Positions 52,316-62,713 of a DNA stretch of 64,000 nt are shown here, piece after piece. The position numbers were made by a program, and so were the translations under genes. The DNA comes from an uncultured Bacteroidales bacterium (GTDB lineage: Bacteria; Bacteroidota; Bacteroidia; Bacteroidales; UBA7960). The notes beneath the pieces are model-generated. The model was given only the letters and a program-made list of their open reading frames with translations, searched no databases and was not told the DNA's origin. Location of the stretch: assembly GCA_964614525.1 (NCBI GenBank), contig CAZTPA010000005.1, forward strand, positions 5,089 through 69,088, read 5' to 3'. Positions within the stretch are counted from its first letter, which is position 1, and each line of letters starts with the position of its first letter.

Positions 52316-53776
52316 ATGGGTATTCAGATATTTTCCAAAATCAGGTTAATGTATGCATTCAGTTTGCTGTTTATTGCATTGAATGCTGTGTTAATAATGT
52401 ATGACAATTATTGGCTTTTAGCATTACCCGTGGCTTTGGGTGCTGTATTGCTTTTCTTTTTTCCATTGGACAAACTTTTGTTGCTTATTGTTGCAATTAC
52501 TCCATTTACTTTTAGATATAGTAATGTTGAAATGGGGTTTTCTGTCATACTGCCAACAGAACCTATTATTGCAATAGTGATGTTGCTGTTTTTCCTAAAA
52601 TTGATTTATGAAAGGGATTATGACAGGCCGGTTTTAAAACATCCTTTAACAATTATTATTATTATACAATTGTTGTGGATGCTTTTAACTACTATTACCA
52701 GTGAACTACCGCTTGTTTCTTTTAAGTTTTTTATTTCACGTTTATGGTTTGTCACTATATTTTACTTTTTAACTATAAGATTGTTTAAATCTTATGACAA
52801 ATTACGGTGGTTCCCATGGGTTTATGCTGTGCCATTGGCAATAATTGTAATATATATAACATTTATCCATTCTTTGTCAGGGTTTGAAAGGTTTGCAGGC
52901 ATTTCCGCTGTAAAACCTTTTTTTAATGATCATACTAATTATGGTGCTACACTTGCACTTGTAGCACCAATTTTTGCGATTATGGCATTTTACAAGCCAT
53001 ACAAAAAGATTATCAGACGAGTTTCTTTGTTATTATTCCTTTTGTTTGCCATAGGAATTTTGTTTAGCTATTCCAGGGCTTCATGGTTAAGCCTGGCATT
53101 AGCATTTGGATTTTTCCTTGTGTTGGCGCTGAGGATTAATTTTAAATTGCTTTTGGTTGCAGCTGCTATAGCTGTTGGGTTTTTCTTTTTATATCAGGAG
53201 CAGATTTTAATTAATCTTGAAAGAAATACCCAGGAGTCTTCCGGTGATTTTTCCGAACATGTACAGTCTATCAGCAATATTACATCAGATGCTTCAAATC
53301 TTGAAAGAATAAACCGTTGGAGGTCTGCTATAAGGATGTATCAGGACAGGCCTGTTTTAGGTTGGGGGCCGGGAACTTATCAGTTTGTGTATGCTCCTTT
53401 TCAACTGGCGCAGGATTATACTATTATTACTACACACTTTGGTGATTTGGGAAATGCTCACAGTGAATACCTGGGGCCGCTTTCTGAATCAGGAATGCCC
53501 GGCATGTTAATAATGTTTGCCTTGGTTATTGCAATTATATTTACTGCTGTGAAAAATTTCAAACATAATCCACACATGGAATTGCGCTGGCTTTCATTGG
53601 GCATACTACTGGGATTTATTTCTTACTTTACTCACGGATTGTTAAATAACTTTCTTGATACTGATAAGATTTCTGTGCCTTTTTGGAGTTTTGCTGCTAT
53701 TCTTGTTGCTATTGATGTATTCTTTGGTTCGAAAAGCAAAACAGCTATAGATAATAAATCTTCTGAGAAAAATTAA
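52316..53776 (+). CDS. O-antigen ligase/polymerase family (Wzy_C) membrane protein
   Basis: SYSRASWL, SNLERINRW, PVLGWGPGTY, NAHSEYL..L.E.G. Confidence 0.85.
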   Translation: MGIQIFSKIRLMYAFSLLFIALNAVLIMYDNYWLLALPVALGAVLLFFFPLDKLLLLIVAITPFTFRYSNVEMGFSVILPTEPIIAIVMLLFFLKLIYERDYDRPVLKHPLTIIIIIQLLWMLLTTITSELPLVSFKFFISRLWFVTIFYFLTIRLFKSYDKLRWFPWVYAVPLAIIVIYITFIHSLSGFERFAGISAVKPFFNDHTNYGATLALVAPIFAIMAFYKPYKKIIRRVSLLLFLLFAIGILFSYSRASWLSLALAFGFFLVLALRINFKLLLVAAAIAVGFFFLYQEQILINLERNTQESSGDFSEHVQSISNITSDASNLERINRWRSAIRMYQDRPVLGWGPGTYQFVYAPFQLAQDYTIITTHFGDLGNAHSEYLGPLSESGMPGMLIMFALVIAIIFTAVKNFKHNPHMELRWLSLGILLGFISYFTHGLLNNFLDTDKISVPFWSFAAILVAIDVFFGSKSKTAIDNKSSEKN

Positions 53777-53900
53777 GCTTTAATCTTGGTTTTGCTTGAA
53801 GATAATAATCTGTTAACTTTGCATAAAAGTGTAATCTAAGCTTATTTATAGATTGAAATTTCCTGAAAATGCTCATTTTTATTAATAAAAAAAAGATATA

Positions 53901-54662
53901 ATGATGAATCAAACTATTGAAACTCTTTTGAATCATAAAACTATTAGAAATTATAAGTCAGATCCAATAGATGAAAAAACTCTAAACACTATTTTAGAGG
54001 CTGGTTTCAGAGCCTCAACAACCGGTAATATGCAGGTTTATAGCGTTATAGTATCTAAGGATCGTGAGAAACTTAAAGAACTTTGCAAATTGCATTTTAA
54101 TCAGAAAATGGTTGAGCAAGCTCCGGTACTTCTCACTTTCTGTGCCGATTTTAATCGTTTTAATAAATGGTGCGAATTAAGAGATGCAGATCCGGGATAT
54201 GATAACTTCTTGTCGTTTTATACTGCCTCAATTGATGCACTGCTTGTAGCTCAAAATGTTGCTGTTGCTGCAGAAGCTTTCGGTTTAGGTATTTGTTATC
54301 TTGGCACTACCACCTACCAGGCAGATAAACTTATCGAATTTTTTGATTTACCGGAAGGTGTTGTGCCGGTTACAACATTAGTTGTGGGATATCCGGCTGA
54401 AAATCCTGATAAGGTTGACAGATTACCTATGGATGCCGTCGTTCATAATGAAAAGTATAAAAATTATTCAGATGAGGATATTGAAAAAGCATATGCTGAA
54501 AAAGAAGCTCTGCCTCTTACAGAAAAACTGATAGAAGAAAACCAACTGAATAATCTTGCTCAAATATTTACAATGAAGCGTTATACTAAAAAGGACAATA
54601 TACATTTTAGTAAAGTATTCCTTGAAGCAATAGAAGATCAGGGCTTTATGAATAATGACTGA
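53901..54662 (+). CDS. Nitroreductase, NfsA/FRP-type NADPH-dependent flavin oxidoreductase
   Basis: HKTIRNY, ASTTGNMQVYS, FCADFNR, AQN...AAE..GLGICYLG, RLP. Confidence 0.9.
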   Translation: MMNQTIETLLNHKTIRNYKSDPIDEKTLNTILEAGFRASTTGNMQVYSVIVSKDREKLKELCKLHFNQKMVEQAPVLLTFCADFNRFNKWCELRDADPGYDNFLSFYTASIDALLVAQNVAVAAEAFGLGICYLGTTTYQADKLIEFFDLPEGVVPVTTLVVGYPAENPDKVDRLPMDAVVHNEKYKNYSDEDIEKAYAEKEALPLTEKLIEENQLNNLAQIFTMKRYTKKDNIHFSKVFLEAIEDQGFMNND

Positions 54663-54709
54663 TAAAATACCTAATCACATCATAATTTATTAGAAAACAG
54701 GTCTCTTCA

Positions 54710-57436
54710 TTAATAGAGGCCTGTTTTTATAAGCATATTATTAAAATCGGTTGAACTTACAGGCTTAGTCATATACTCATCTAAGCCCAAACTCATATAC
54801 TTTTCCCTGTCACCTTCAAAGGCATTGGCACTTAAACCAATTATTGGAGGAGTATTGGCAAATTTTTGTTTAAGCATCTGTGTCGCTTTAACTCCATCCA
54901 TTTCCGGCATTTGAATGTCCATGATTATAAGGTCATACTTTTCCGGCTTAAATATATTTAATGCTTCGCTGCCATTATTTGCTACCTCAACTGTGTGACC
55001 CATTGATTTGAACAAGCTGGCAATAACTTTTTGATTTGTAATTTTATCTTCAACAAGTAATATTTTTAATTTCTTTGTTGAAATTGGCATGTCCTGATTC
55101 AAATCAGTTGTGCCGGAAGAGAGTTCTTCTTTTGATATACGTTTTGCATTAAAAGTAAACCAAAATTTACTTCCAACATTTTCTTTGCTCTCAACTCCTA
55201 TATTTCCTCCCAGCATTTCTGAAAGTTCTTTACATATAGAAAGGCCAAGCCCTGTGCCTTCAAAAATTCTTGATTCATCTTTTTCTAATTGTGCAAAAGG
55301 TTTAAAAAGTAATTTCTGGTCCTCTTTACTAATTCCAATGCCGCTATCTTCAATTTCAACCCTTATGGGGATTAGACTATTATCATACTCAAGACCTGTT
55401 TTGCTCAAACTTATATTAACCTTTATATACCCTTCATTAGTAAATTTTACAGCATTAGATATAAGATTGTTTATGATTTGGATAACTCTTTGTTGATCTG
55501 CTTTAATATATTCAGGAACATCTTCATTGATGTTAGCTTCAAAACTAATATCTTTATTACAAATAGATGAGAATAAATTCTCAGCAGTTGTAGCTATTAC
55601 CTTAGTTTTAAAAACTACAGGTTTTAATTGAACTTGTCCTGATTCAATTTTTGAATAATCCAGAATTAAATTAATAATTTCTTTTAGATTATTACTAGCC
55701 TGTTTTAGAGTGTCCAAATAATTCTGTTGAGTATCATCAAGATTAGTTTTTAGTAATAGTTCTATGAAGCCCATAACTCCGGTAAGTGGAGTTCTGATTT
55801 CATGACTCATATTTGCAAGGAATTTTTGTTTAAACTCAGCAGCTTGTTTTGTTATAGCCAATTCATTTTCAAGTTTTTGAGCTTTTTTCAAATCTGTTAC
55901 ATCCCTCATAATACCCAAAACAAGAGCTTCATCAGTAATTACCAGGGCAGTATTACTAACCTGGACATCTTTAATGCTGCCTGATTTCGTAATTATTTGA
56001 AAGTCGACAATGTTTGTTACTTTCTTGCCTGATTTTCTGTCCTTATATCGTTCTTCTATGATATTAGTGGAATCCTCAGTTAGTAATGTATTAATATCAA
56101 ACAAACCTGATTCAAGTTCTTTTTTATCATAGCCGGTAATTTCACAAAAACGATCATTTACATATTGAAATCTTTTACCATGAAGCATATATATTCCGTC
56201 AAAAGCATTTTCCAAAAGACTTTTGTATCTTTTTTCTGAAGTATGAAGTTTTTCCTGGGCTAATTTTTTTTCAGTTATGTCTTCATATGTTCCCAGAACA
56301 CCAATGATTTTTCCGTTATTATCCCTTAAAGGTATTTTAGACGTATTCAGCCATATAGTATTTCCTTCAGGGGTAGTTTGAGGTTCTTCAAAATTTAGCT
56401 TAGGTTTCCCGCTCTCTATTATATAGCTGTCATCTCTTGTATATCTATCAGCTTGATTAATCCATCTTAGTTCGTAGTCGGTTTTTCCAATTATGTCATC
56501 AGGATTATTTTCTCCCGCATCCTTTGCAAAATGCTGATTACATCCTAAATATTTTCCATTAAGATCTTTCCAGAATACTCTTACAGGGATTGTATTAAGA
56601 ATATTGTTTAACATCAGCTTTGATTCTATTAATTCCTGTTCGGAGCGCTTTCTTTCTGTGATATCAAAAAAACTCACCAGGCTGGCCCATACTTTATCGT
56701 TCTCATCTTTAACAGGATCGCCAAAAACTTCCAACAAAACTTGTTTATCATCTGGCCGCTGCACAAGCATGTCATCTACATGGCTGGAAATGCCTGACAT
56801 ACCCATTATTATCGGGAGTTCGGTTAATGGATATGGTTTTTTGGTTTTATACTTGAACGCTTTATATTCCTGTGCAAGATTTGTTTTATTTACTTCCGGC
56901 AAAACACCTCTTCCTAATATATCAATAGCTGCATCATTTGCAATTATGGGTTTTCCCGAAGGTGCTTCAACCATATATATGCCTATAGGAATCGTTTTTA
57001 GCATTGTATTGAAAAGACTATTTTGCCTTTTTAAAGCTTCTTCGCTTTTCTTCAATGCATCATCTGTTTTTTTTCGTTTTGAAATATCCGAAAAAACAAA
57101 AGCAAAATATGATTTTTCTAAAGAAAATGCATTAATCAGAAAATATTTATTAAATGGTTCAAAATAACTCTCAAATTCAGCTACTCCCTTTTCTATAATA
57201 TCCTTTCCAACTTGTTTGATTAATCCTTCAATGTTTGGTGGTAAATTCGGAAAAATATCCGAGAATTTCTTATTTATTACCTGCTTTGCTTTAAGTCCTG
57301 TAATCTTTTCAAAGGCAGAATTTACTTCTAAGTATTCAAAGTCAATTGCTTGTCCATCCTCATCGAAAATAATCTTGTTATAGGAATATCCCAATGGAAA
57401 ATTTGTTATAAGTGCTTTATAAAGATGCTTTTCCAT
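54710..57436 (-). CDS. Cytoplasmic multi-PAS hybrid sensor histidine kinase/response regulator
   Basis: ~4 PAS/PAC units; FLANMSHEIRTPL; NLISNAVKFT; GTGLGL; receiver DLIIMDIQMP; no TM. Confidence 0.93.
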   Translation of the reverse strand: MEKHLYKALITNFPLGYSYNKIIFDEDGQAIDFEYLEVNSAFEKITGLKAKQVINKKFSDIFPNLPPNIEGLIKQVGKDIIEKGVAEFESYFEPFNKYFLINAFSLEKSYFAFVFSDISKRKKTDDALKKSEEALKRQNSLFNTMLKTIPIGIYMVEAPSGKPIIANDAAIDILGRGVLPEVNKTNLAQEYKAFKYKTKKPYPLTELPIIMGMSGISSHVDDMLVQRPDDKQVLLEVFGDPVKDENDKVWASLVSFFDITERKRSEQELIESKLMLNNILNTIPVRVFWKDLNGKYLGCNQHFAKDAGENNPDDIIGKTDYELRWINQADRYTRDDSYIIESGKPKLNFEEPQTTPEGNTIWLNTSKIPLRDNNGKIIGVLGTYEDITEKKLAQEKLHTSEKRYKSLLENAFDGIYMLHGKRFQYVNDRFCEITGYDKKELESGLFDINTLLTEDSTNIIEERYKDRKSGKKVTNIVDFQIITKSGSIKDVQVSNTALVITDEALVLGIMRDVTDLKKAQKLENELAITKQAAEFKQKFLANMSHEIRTPLTGVMGFIELLLKTNLDDTQQNYLDTLKQASNNLKEIINLILDYSKIESGQVQLKPVVFKTKVIATTAENLFSSICNKDISFEANINEDVPEYIKADQQRVIQIINNLISNAVKFTNEGYIKVNISLSKTGLEYDNSLIPIRVEIEDSGIGISKEDQKLLFKPFAQLEKDESRIFEGTGLGLSICKELSEMLGGNIGVESKENVGSKFWFTFNAKRISKEELSSGTTDLNQDMPISTKKLKILLVEDKITNQKVIASLFKSMGHTVEVANNGSEALNIFKPEKYDLIIMDIQMPEMDGVKATQMLKQKFANTPPIIGLSANAFEGDREKYMSLGLDEYMTKPVSSTDFNNMLIKTGLY

Positions 57437-57757
57437 ATAAAAACAGTTTTTAGAGTCTCCGGCGGATAACTTGAATTATATTCAAAATTAAGTAATTTGT
57501 TTAAATAATTCTCATCTTTATAATATAGTAAGATTTTATTAGTCAAAAGCAGCTATAATTTTCCTGTCTTTATACATATAATTTAACCGTATGCCTCAAA
57601 TTCAAGGGTCATATTAGTATATCCATATTTCAGATTATTTATTATAAATATTTTTCATTCACAAAATTTTGTCAACAAGTCTTTTGATTATAGCTATTTT
57701 ATTTGTACATTTAAGCCACAAACTCAATTTTATCACAAACAATAAAATATTAATCCA

Positions 57758-58873
57758 ATGGAAGAAAAACTAATAACTATCGCTACAGAGCATTATACTG
57801 CTGCAGAAATTTTAAAGGCTCGTTTTGAAGATGCCGGGATAAAATGCGTATTACAACATGTGAATCTCTTACAAGGTGCTGTTTCCGAAGGAGTACAGAT
57901 ACAAATAAAAGCTACTGATGTTCAGAAAGCTTTGAGACTTATGACAGAGTGGAAGCTTGCACAGGAAAAAGTCGAACAGAAACTTACCGGAAAAATAAGG
58001 CGTATATTAGTGCCGGTAGATTTTTCAAAATATTCAAAAAATGCTTGTATTTATGCTCTTAACCTTGCTAAAAAGTATAATGCCGATATAAAAATATTGC
58101 ATGTTTATTATGCTCCTATTGTTGATTTAGTCCCAATTACAGATGCCTATAGCATTCAGGTTGATATGGACATAAATCTGCGCGAACTAGAAACAAATGC
58201 GCGAAAACAACTTGTTGATTTTGTTAAGGATATTAAGCAAATAGCTAAGGATAAAGGCTTTGACAGTGTTAAAATTGCTTATGCTCTGCGTGAAGGTATT
58301 GTAGAAGATCAAATAATTCAAGCTGCCAATGATTTTAAACCCGGTATTGTTGTTATCGGAACCAAAGGAGAGGGTGAGAAACAAACTGATATTATCGGAA
58401 GTGTTGCATATAGGGTAATATCCAAAAGCAGAATTCCTGTTTTGGCAATTCCGGAGAGTTCATATTATGATATCAGTAAAGAAAAGGATTTAAAAAGTGT
58501 TGTCTATATTACTGATTTTGATAATAGTGATTTTGTTGCTATTAGAAGATTATTGGGGATAATCTCTGCTTTTAATGTTAAACTCCATTGTTTGCATATA
58601 TCCAAAGATTCATTAAATACTCTGGATTCAGTTAAAATGGATAATCTTAAAGACTATTTTAAAGAAATAAATCCTAAAATTAAAGTAGAGTGTCATATGT
58701 TATCAGAGGATGATAAATTAAAGGCAATAGAGGAGTTTTATAAAGAAAAAAACATAAACCTTCTGGCAATGGCTAATAAAAGAAGGGGATTGATTACACG
58801 TTTATTTAGTACTGATTTGACTAAAAAGATAATTCAGGAAAGTAATATTCCACTTTTATCTTTCAAAGTATAA
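57758..58873 (+). CDS. Universal stress protein (two Usp domains) with N-terminal DUF2007-like domain
   Basis: AEILKARFEDAGI.C N-domain; RILVPVDFS; GTKG...IGSVA; IPVLAIP. Confidence 0.88.
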   Translation: MEEKLITIATEHYTAAEILKARFEDAGIKCVLQHVNLLQGAVSEGVQIQIKATDVQKALRLMTEWKLAQEKVEQKLTGKIRRILVPVDFSKYSKNACIYALNLAKKYNADIKILHVYYAPIVDLVPITDAYSIQVDMDINLRELETNARKQLVDFVKDIKQIAKDKGFDSVKIAYALREGIVEDQIIQAANDFKPGIVVIGTKGEGEKQTDIIGSVAYRVISKSRIPVLAIPESSYYDISKEKDLKSVVYITDFDNSDFVAIRRLLGIISAFNVKLHCLHISKDSLNTLDSVKMDNLKDYFKEINPKIKVECHMLSEDDKLKAIEEFYKEKNINLLAMANKRRGLITRLFSTDLTKKIIQESNIPLLSFKV

Positions 58874-58945
58874 CTAATTTTATAAATATGCTGTTAAATA
58901 GCAATTATAGTTTTATTAATTAATGAAATTGTATTATTTATTTAC

Positions 58946-59009
58946 TAATTTTGCATTCTTAATAATTACATGAGTGTGTTTTTATTCTCAGTAAAAATAT
59001 CATGTAATT
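58946..59009 (+). promoter_or_regulatory. -7 box TAATTTTG and 5'-UTR hairpin of the OMP gene
   Basis: aattacatga...tcatgtaatt outer stem; inner tgtttttatt/agtaaaaata stem with G-U pairs. Confidence 0.5.
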
Positions 59010-59053
59010 GTGAAGTAATTAAATTTCTTATTAATATATAAAATTATTATTCT

Positions 59054-59560
59054 ATGAAAAAAGCAATTATACTTTTATTTGTATTGCCTTTCTTTATTGA
59101 GGCAGCATCAGCACAAGGAAATGACGAGTTTTCCAAAGGTAATCATGTAATAAATTTGGGAGTTGGAATTGGCACTTATCGGAGCTTTCCGGTTACAGCT
59201 TCTTATGAAGTTGGCATAATTGACGGAATCGCTGATAAAGGTTCAATAGGCATTGGTGGTATTTTTGGTTTTAGAACATATACATATGGTACTGTTTTGG
59301 GTGTAACAACAACATCAACAAGTTTGGTGTTTGGACTTAGAGCAGCATTCCATTATAATTTTGTAGAGAACCTTGATACCTACGCAGGTTTTATTACTGC
59401 TTATAGTTATTACACAAGTGACAGTTCATTAAATCCAAGTGCATTTGTTCCGGGATTTTTTGTAGGAGCAAGGTATTACTTTAATCCTACATTTGGTGTG
59501 ATGGCAGAAGCCGGTTATGGTTTGTCCACTTTAAATGTTGGTGTCGCATTCAGATTTTAA
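59054..59560 (+). CDS. Small 8-stranded outer membrane beta-barrel protein
   Basis: Signal peptide; KGNHVINLGVG; VGARYYF; terminal LNVGVAFRF. Confidence 0.8.
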   Translation: MKKAIILLFVLPFFIEAASAQGNDEFSKGNHVINLGVGIGTYRSFPVTASYEVGIIDGIADKGSIGIGGIFGFRTYTYGTVLGVTTTSTSLVFGLRAAFHYNFVENLDTYAGFITAYSYYTSDSSLNPSAFVPGFFVGARYYFNPTFGVMAEAGYGLSTLNVGVAFRF

Positions 59561-59578
59561 TATTAAATTTTTATAGAG

Positions 59579-59611
59579 AAGCCCTGGTTGTTTTGCAATC
59601 AGGGTTTTTTT
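59579..59611 (+). terminator. Rho-independent terminator
   Basis: aagccctggttg...caatcagggttttttt. Confidence 0.75.
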
Positions 59612-59679
59612 ATGCTTAAGACTTATGTTTTTTATCCAATATATATATGTGATTTTATTTTAATTTTGTTAAAAAAGCA

Positions 59680-61314
59680 ATGGTTGGATATAAAAGCAAT
59701 TTTCTGGTAATAATTCTTATAGCTTTTCTGCTAGGTTCTTGCAGCAATTTTGAAGAGAACACTGATGGATTAAGTGTTTTCAAATATAATGAAGCATCTA
59801 ATATTACATCTTTAGATCCGGCGTTTGCCCGCAATCAAGCTAATATTTGGGTCACCTCGCAATTGTTTAACAGCCTGGTTGAACTGGACGAGGATTTGAA
59901 AATTAAACCTGCTATTGCTAATAGTTGGGAAATATCCGATGACGGTCTTACTTACGTTTTTTATCTTAAAGACAATGTTTTTTTTCACGATAATAAATGC
60001 TTTGAAAATGGGAAAGGCAGAAAGCTCATAGCATCAGATTTTGTTTACAGCTTTTCAAGGTTGAACGATCCACATTTAAATTCACCCGGCTCATGGGTTA
60101 TGAATCAGATTGAAAAAACTCCTGAAGGAAAACTAAATATAGAAGCTCCAAATGATACTGTGCTGATTATTAATTTGTCAGAAGCATTTCCTCCTATGCT
60201 AGGCTTACTTAGTATGCAATATTGTGCAGCTGTTCCTCACGAAGCTATTGAAGAATATGGTTTAGAATTCAGGAAAAATCCTGTAGGAACCGGCCCTTTT
60301 TATTTTAAGTATTGGAAAGAAGGAGTGAAGCTGGTTTTTAGAAAAAACGAAAACTATTTTCAATATGAAGGCGATGAGCGTTTGCCTTATCTGGATGCTG
60401 TTGCAATTACGTTTATTATTGACCGACAGTCTGCTTTTTTGGAATTTATAAAAGGAAATATTGATTTTTTATCAGGACTTGATGCCAGTTATAAGGATGA
60501 GCTGCTCACACCTGATGGTAATTTGAGAGAAAAATATCAAGGCCGGATTAAAATGATATCAAAACCTTTTTTAAATACAGAATATTTTGGATTTTTTCTG
60601 GGTGATGATGATAGCCAAATATTGAATAATAAAAAGTTGAGACAGGCTATTAATTATGGTTTCGACAGAAAAAAGATGATAACATTTCTAAGAAATAATA
60701 TTGGAATACCTGCCCATGCAGGTTTTGTGCCGGTGGGAATGCCCGGTTTTTCGGAAAATAAAGGCGGATATTATTATGATCCTGATAAAGCCGCTGCACT
60801 GCTTAGTGAAGCCGGTTATCCTTATGGGCAAGGTTTGCCTGATATTACATTAATGACAAATTCAATGTATGTAGATATTTCTCAATACTTGCAGCATGAG
60901 TTATCGCGCATTGGTATAAAATTACAAATTGAAGTTTTGCCGCCTGCAACTCTCAGGGAAATGATGGCAAATGGTTCTGCACCATTTTTTAGAGGCTCAT
61001 GGATAGCGGATTATCCTGATGCTGAGAATTATTTAGCTTTATTTTACAGTAAAAATAAAGCACCTATTGGCCCAAATTATACTCATTTTCAAGATGAGGA
61101 GTTTGATCGTCTTTTTGAAAAATCACGATCTGTTATTGATGATAATTTAAGGTTTGAATTGTACAGACAAATGGATAGTATAATCATTTCTGAAGCACCG
61201 GTTGTTTTTTTGTTTTATGATGAATCGGTTAGGTTTGTCAGAAATAATGTTCGTAATATGAACAATAACGCTTTGAATCATTTGGATTTAAGAAGAGTTT
61301 GGATAGAAGAATAG
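59680..61314 (+). CDS. ABC transporter family 5 (OppA/DppA-like) substrate-binding lipoprotein
   Basis: Lipobox LLGSC; SLDPAFA; PVGTGPF; LRQAINYGFDR; WIADYPDAENYL. Confidence 0.9.
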   Translation: MVGYKSNFLVIILIAFLLGSCSNFEENTDGLSVFKYNEASNITSLDPAFARNQANIWVTSQLFNSLVELDEDLKIKPAIANSWEISDDGLTYVFYLKDNVFFHDNKCFENGKGRKLIASDFVYSFSRLNDPHLNSPGSWVMNQIEKTPEGKLNIEAPNDTVLIINLSEAFPPMLGLLSMQYCAAVPHEAIEEYGLEFRKNPVGTGPFYFKYWKEGVKLVFRKNENYFQYEGDERLPYLDAVAITFIIDRQSAFLEFIKGNIDFLSGLDASYKDELLTPDGNLREKYQGRIKMISKPFLNTEYFGFFLGDDDSQILNNKKLRQAINYGFDRKKMITFLRNNIGIPAHAGFVPVGMPGFSENKGGYYYDPDKAAALLSEAGYPYGQGLPDITLMTNSMYVDISQYLQHELSRIGIKLQIEVLPPATLREMMANGSAPFFRGSWIADYPDAENYLALFYSKNKAPIGPNYTHFQDEEFDRLFEKSRSVIDDNLRFELYRQMDSIIISEAPVVFLFYDESVRFVRNNVRNMNNNALNHLDLRRVWIEE

Positions 61315-61350
61315 AAAAAAAAACTGCATATTTCAAGTTTATCTGTAAAC

Positions 61351-61385
61351 AAAAAAGAGATGCACTATAAACACATCTCTTTTTT
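61351..61385. terminator. Bidirectional intrinsic terminator
   Basis: aaaaaagagatg...catctctttttt between convergent genes. Confidence 0.7.
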
Positions 61386-61432
61386 ATTATTTAAACTCTA
61401 AATAGGAGTTGATTCCTGCCTCTTTATGTTTG

Positions 61433-62611
61433 TTACAAAAATCTTTTTTGATCTCTGTCAAGAATTTTTTGCAGCACATCAGCAGGTTTTTCAAATTTAT
61501 TGGTAAACATCATCGCAGCAATAATATATGGCTTATAACCTGCCTCAATATATGTTTTAATCCTGTATTTTTCAAAGACATCTGCATTTACTTCGCCTTC
61601 CTTACATGATACACCAGAAATGTCTGCAGGTAAGCAATGCATATATAAAGCATCCTGATTTTTTGTGAGTTTCATCTTAGCTTCATCATATTCCCAGTCT
61701 TTGTATTTTGCATTATTAGCTAAGCAAATCTTCTCAAGATCTTTTAGACCTTCTTTATCATTTCTTTTAAGCAAATCCGTTCTTTGCTGCATAATTCGAA
61801 ATGGCGCCCAACTTTTTGGATATACAATGTCAGCATCTTTCATCGAATCGCTCATTGAATGGCTTATATTAAATGATCCACCACTTTGTTTAGAGTTGTT
61901 TTTAGCAATATCAACAATTTCAGGAATCAAATCATATCCTTCAGGGTAAGCCAATTCTATATTCATTCCGAAACGTGACATCAAGGCTATTATACCTTGA
62001 GGAACAGAAAGTGGTTTGCCATAGCTTGGAGAATATGCCCAGCTCATAACTATTTTTTTACCTTTTAAGTTTTCAAGGCTCCCAAACTCATTTTTTAAAT
62101 GCATCAAATCTGCCATTGACTGAGTGGGATGGTCCATATCACACTGAAGGTTTACAATTCCGGGACGAACCGGCAATACACCTTCTTTATGTCCTTCATC
62201 AAGGGCTTCTGCAACTTCTCTCATATATTTATTTCCTTCTCCCAGAAACATGTCGTCGCGTATACCTATAAAGTCTGAAAGAAAAGAAATCATATTTGCA
62301 GTTTCTCTAACTGTTTCTCCGTGAGATATTTGCGATTTTTCCTCATCTAAATCCTGTACTGCTAATCCTAAAAGATTGCTCGCTGATGCAAAAGAGAACC
62401 TTGTTCTTGTAGAGTTATCCCTGAAGTTTGATATAGCCAGTCCGGTATCGAAAGCACGTGGTGAAATATTATTATCCCGCATTTCTTTTAGTATTCCTGC
62501 TACTTCAAGAATATACTTAAGATCTTCTTCACTTTTTTCCCATGTAAGAAGGAAGTCTTTTCCAAATAATTCTGATTTTAATTGCTTAAGTTTTTCAATT
62601 TTTTCTTTCAT
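61433..62611 (-). CDS. ygeW: Knotted carbamoyltransferase YgeW
   Basis: DFLLTWEK, FRDNSTRTRFSF, SQISHGETVRETANMISF, HPTQ, WAYSPSYGKPLSVPQG, HCLPADI. Confidence 0.92.
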   Translation of the reverse strand: MKEKIEKLKQLKSELFGKDFLLTWEKSEEDLKYILEVAGILKEMRDNNISPRAFDTGLAISNFRDNSTRTRFSFASASNLLGLAVQDLDEEKSQISHGETVRETANMISFLSDFIGIRDDMFLGEGNKYMREVAEALDEGHKEGVLPVRPGIVNLQCDMDHPTQSMADLMHLKNEFGSLENLKGKKIVMSWAYSPSYGKPLSVPQGIIALMSRFGMNIELAYPEGYDLIPEIVDIAKNNSKQSGGSFNISHSMSDSMKDADIVYPKSWAPFRIMQQRTDLLKRNDKEGLKDLEKICLANNAKYKDWEYDEAKMKLTKNQDALYMHCLPADISGVSCKEGEVNADVFEKYRIKTYIEAGYKPYIIAAMMFTNKFEKPADVLQKILDRDQKRFL

Positions 62612-62713
62612 CGTATGTAAGTTTATTATTATTCTGTAATGTTTTTTGCCTGTAAATAAACAGTGTAAAACTTTATATCCAGTATCTTATATTGCTTTTT
62701 CTTATAAAAAAAC

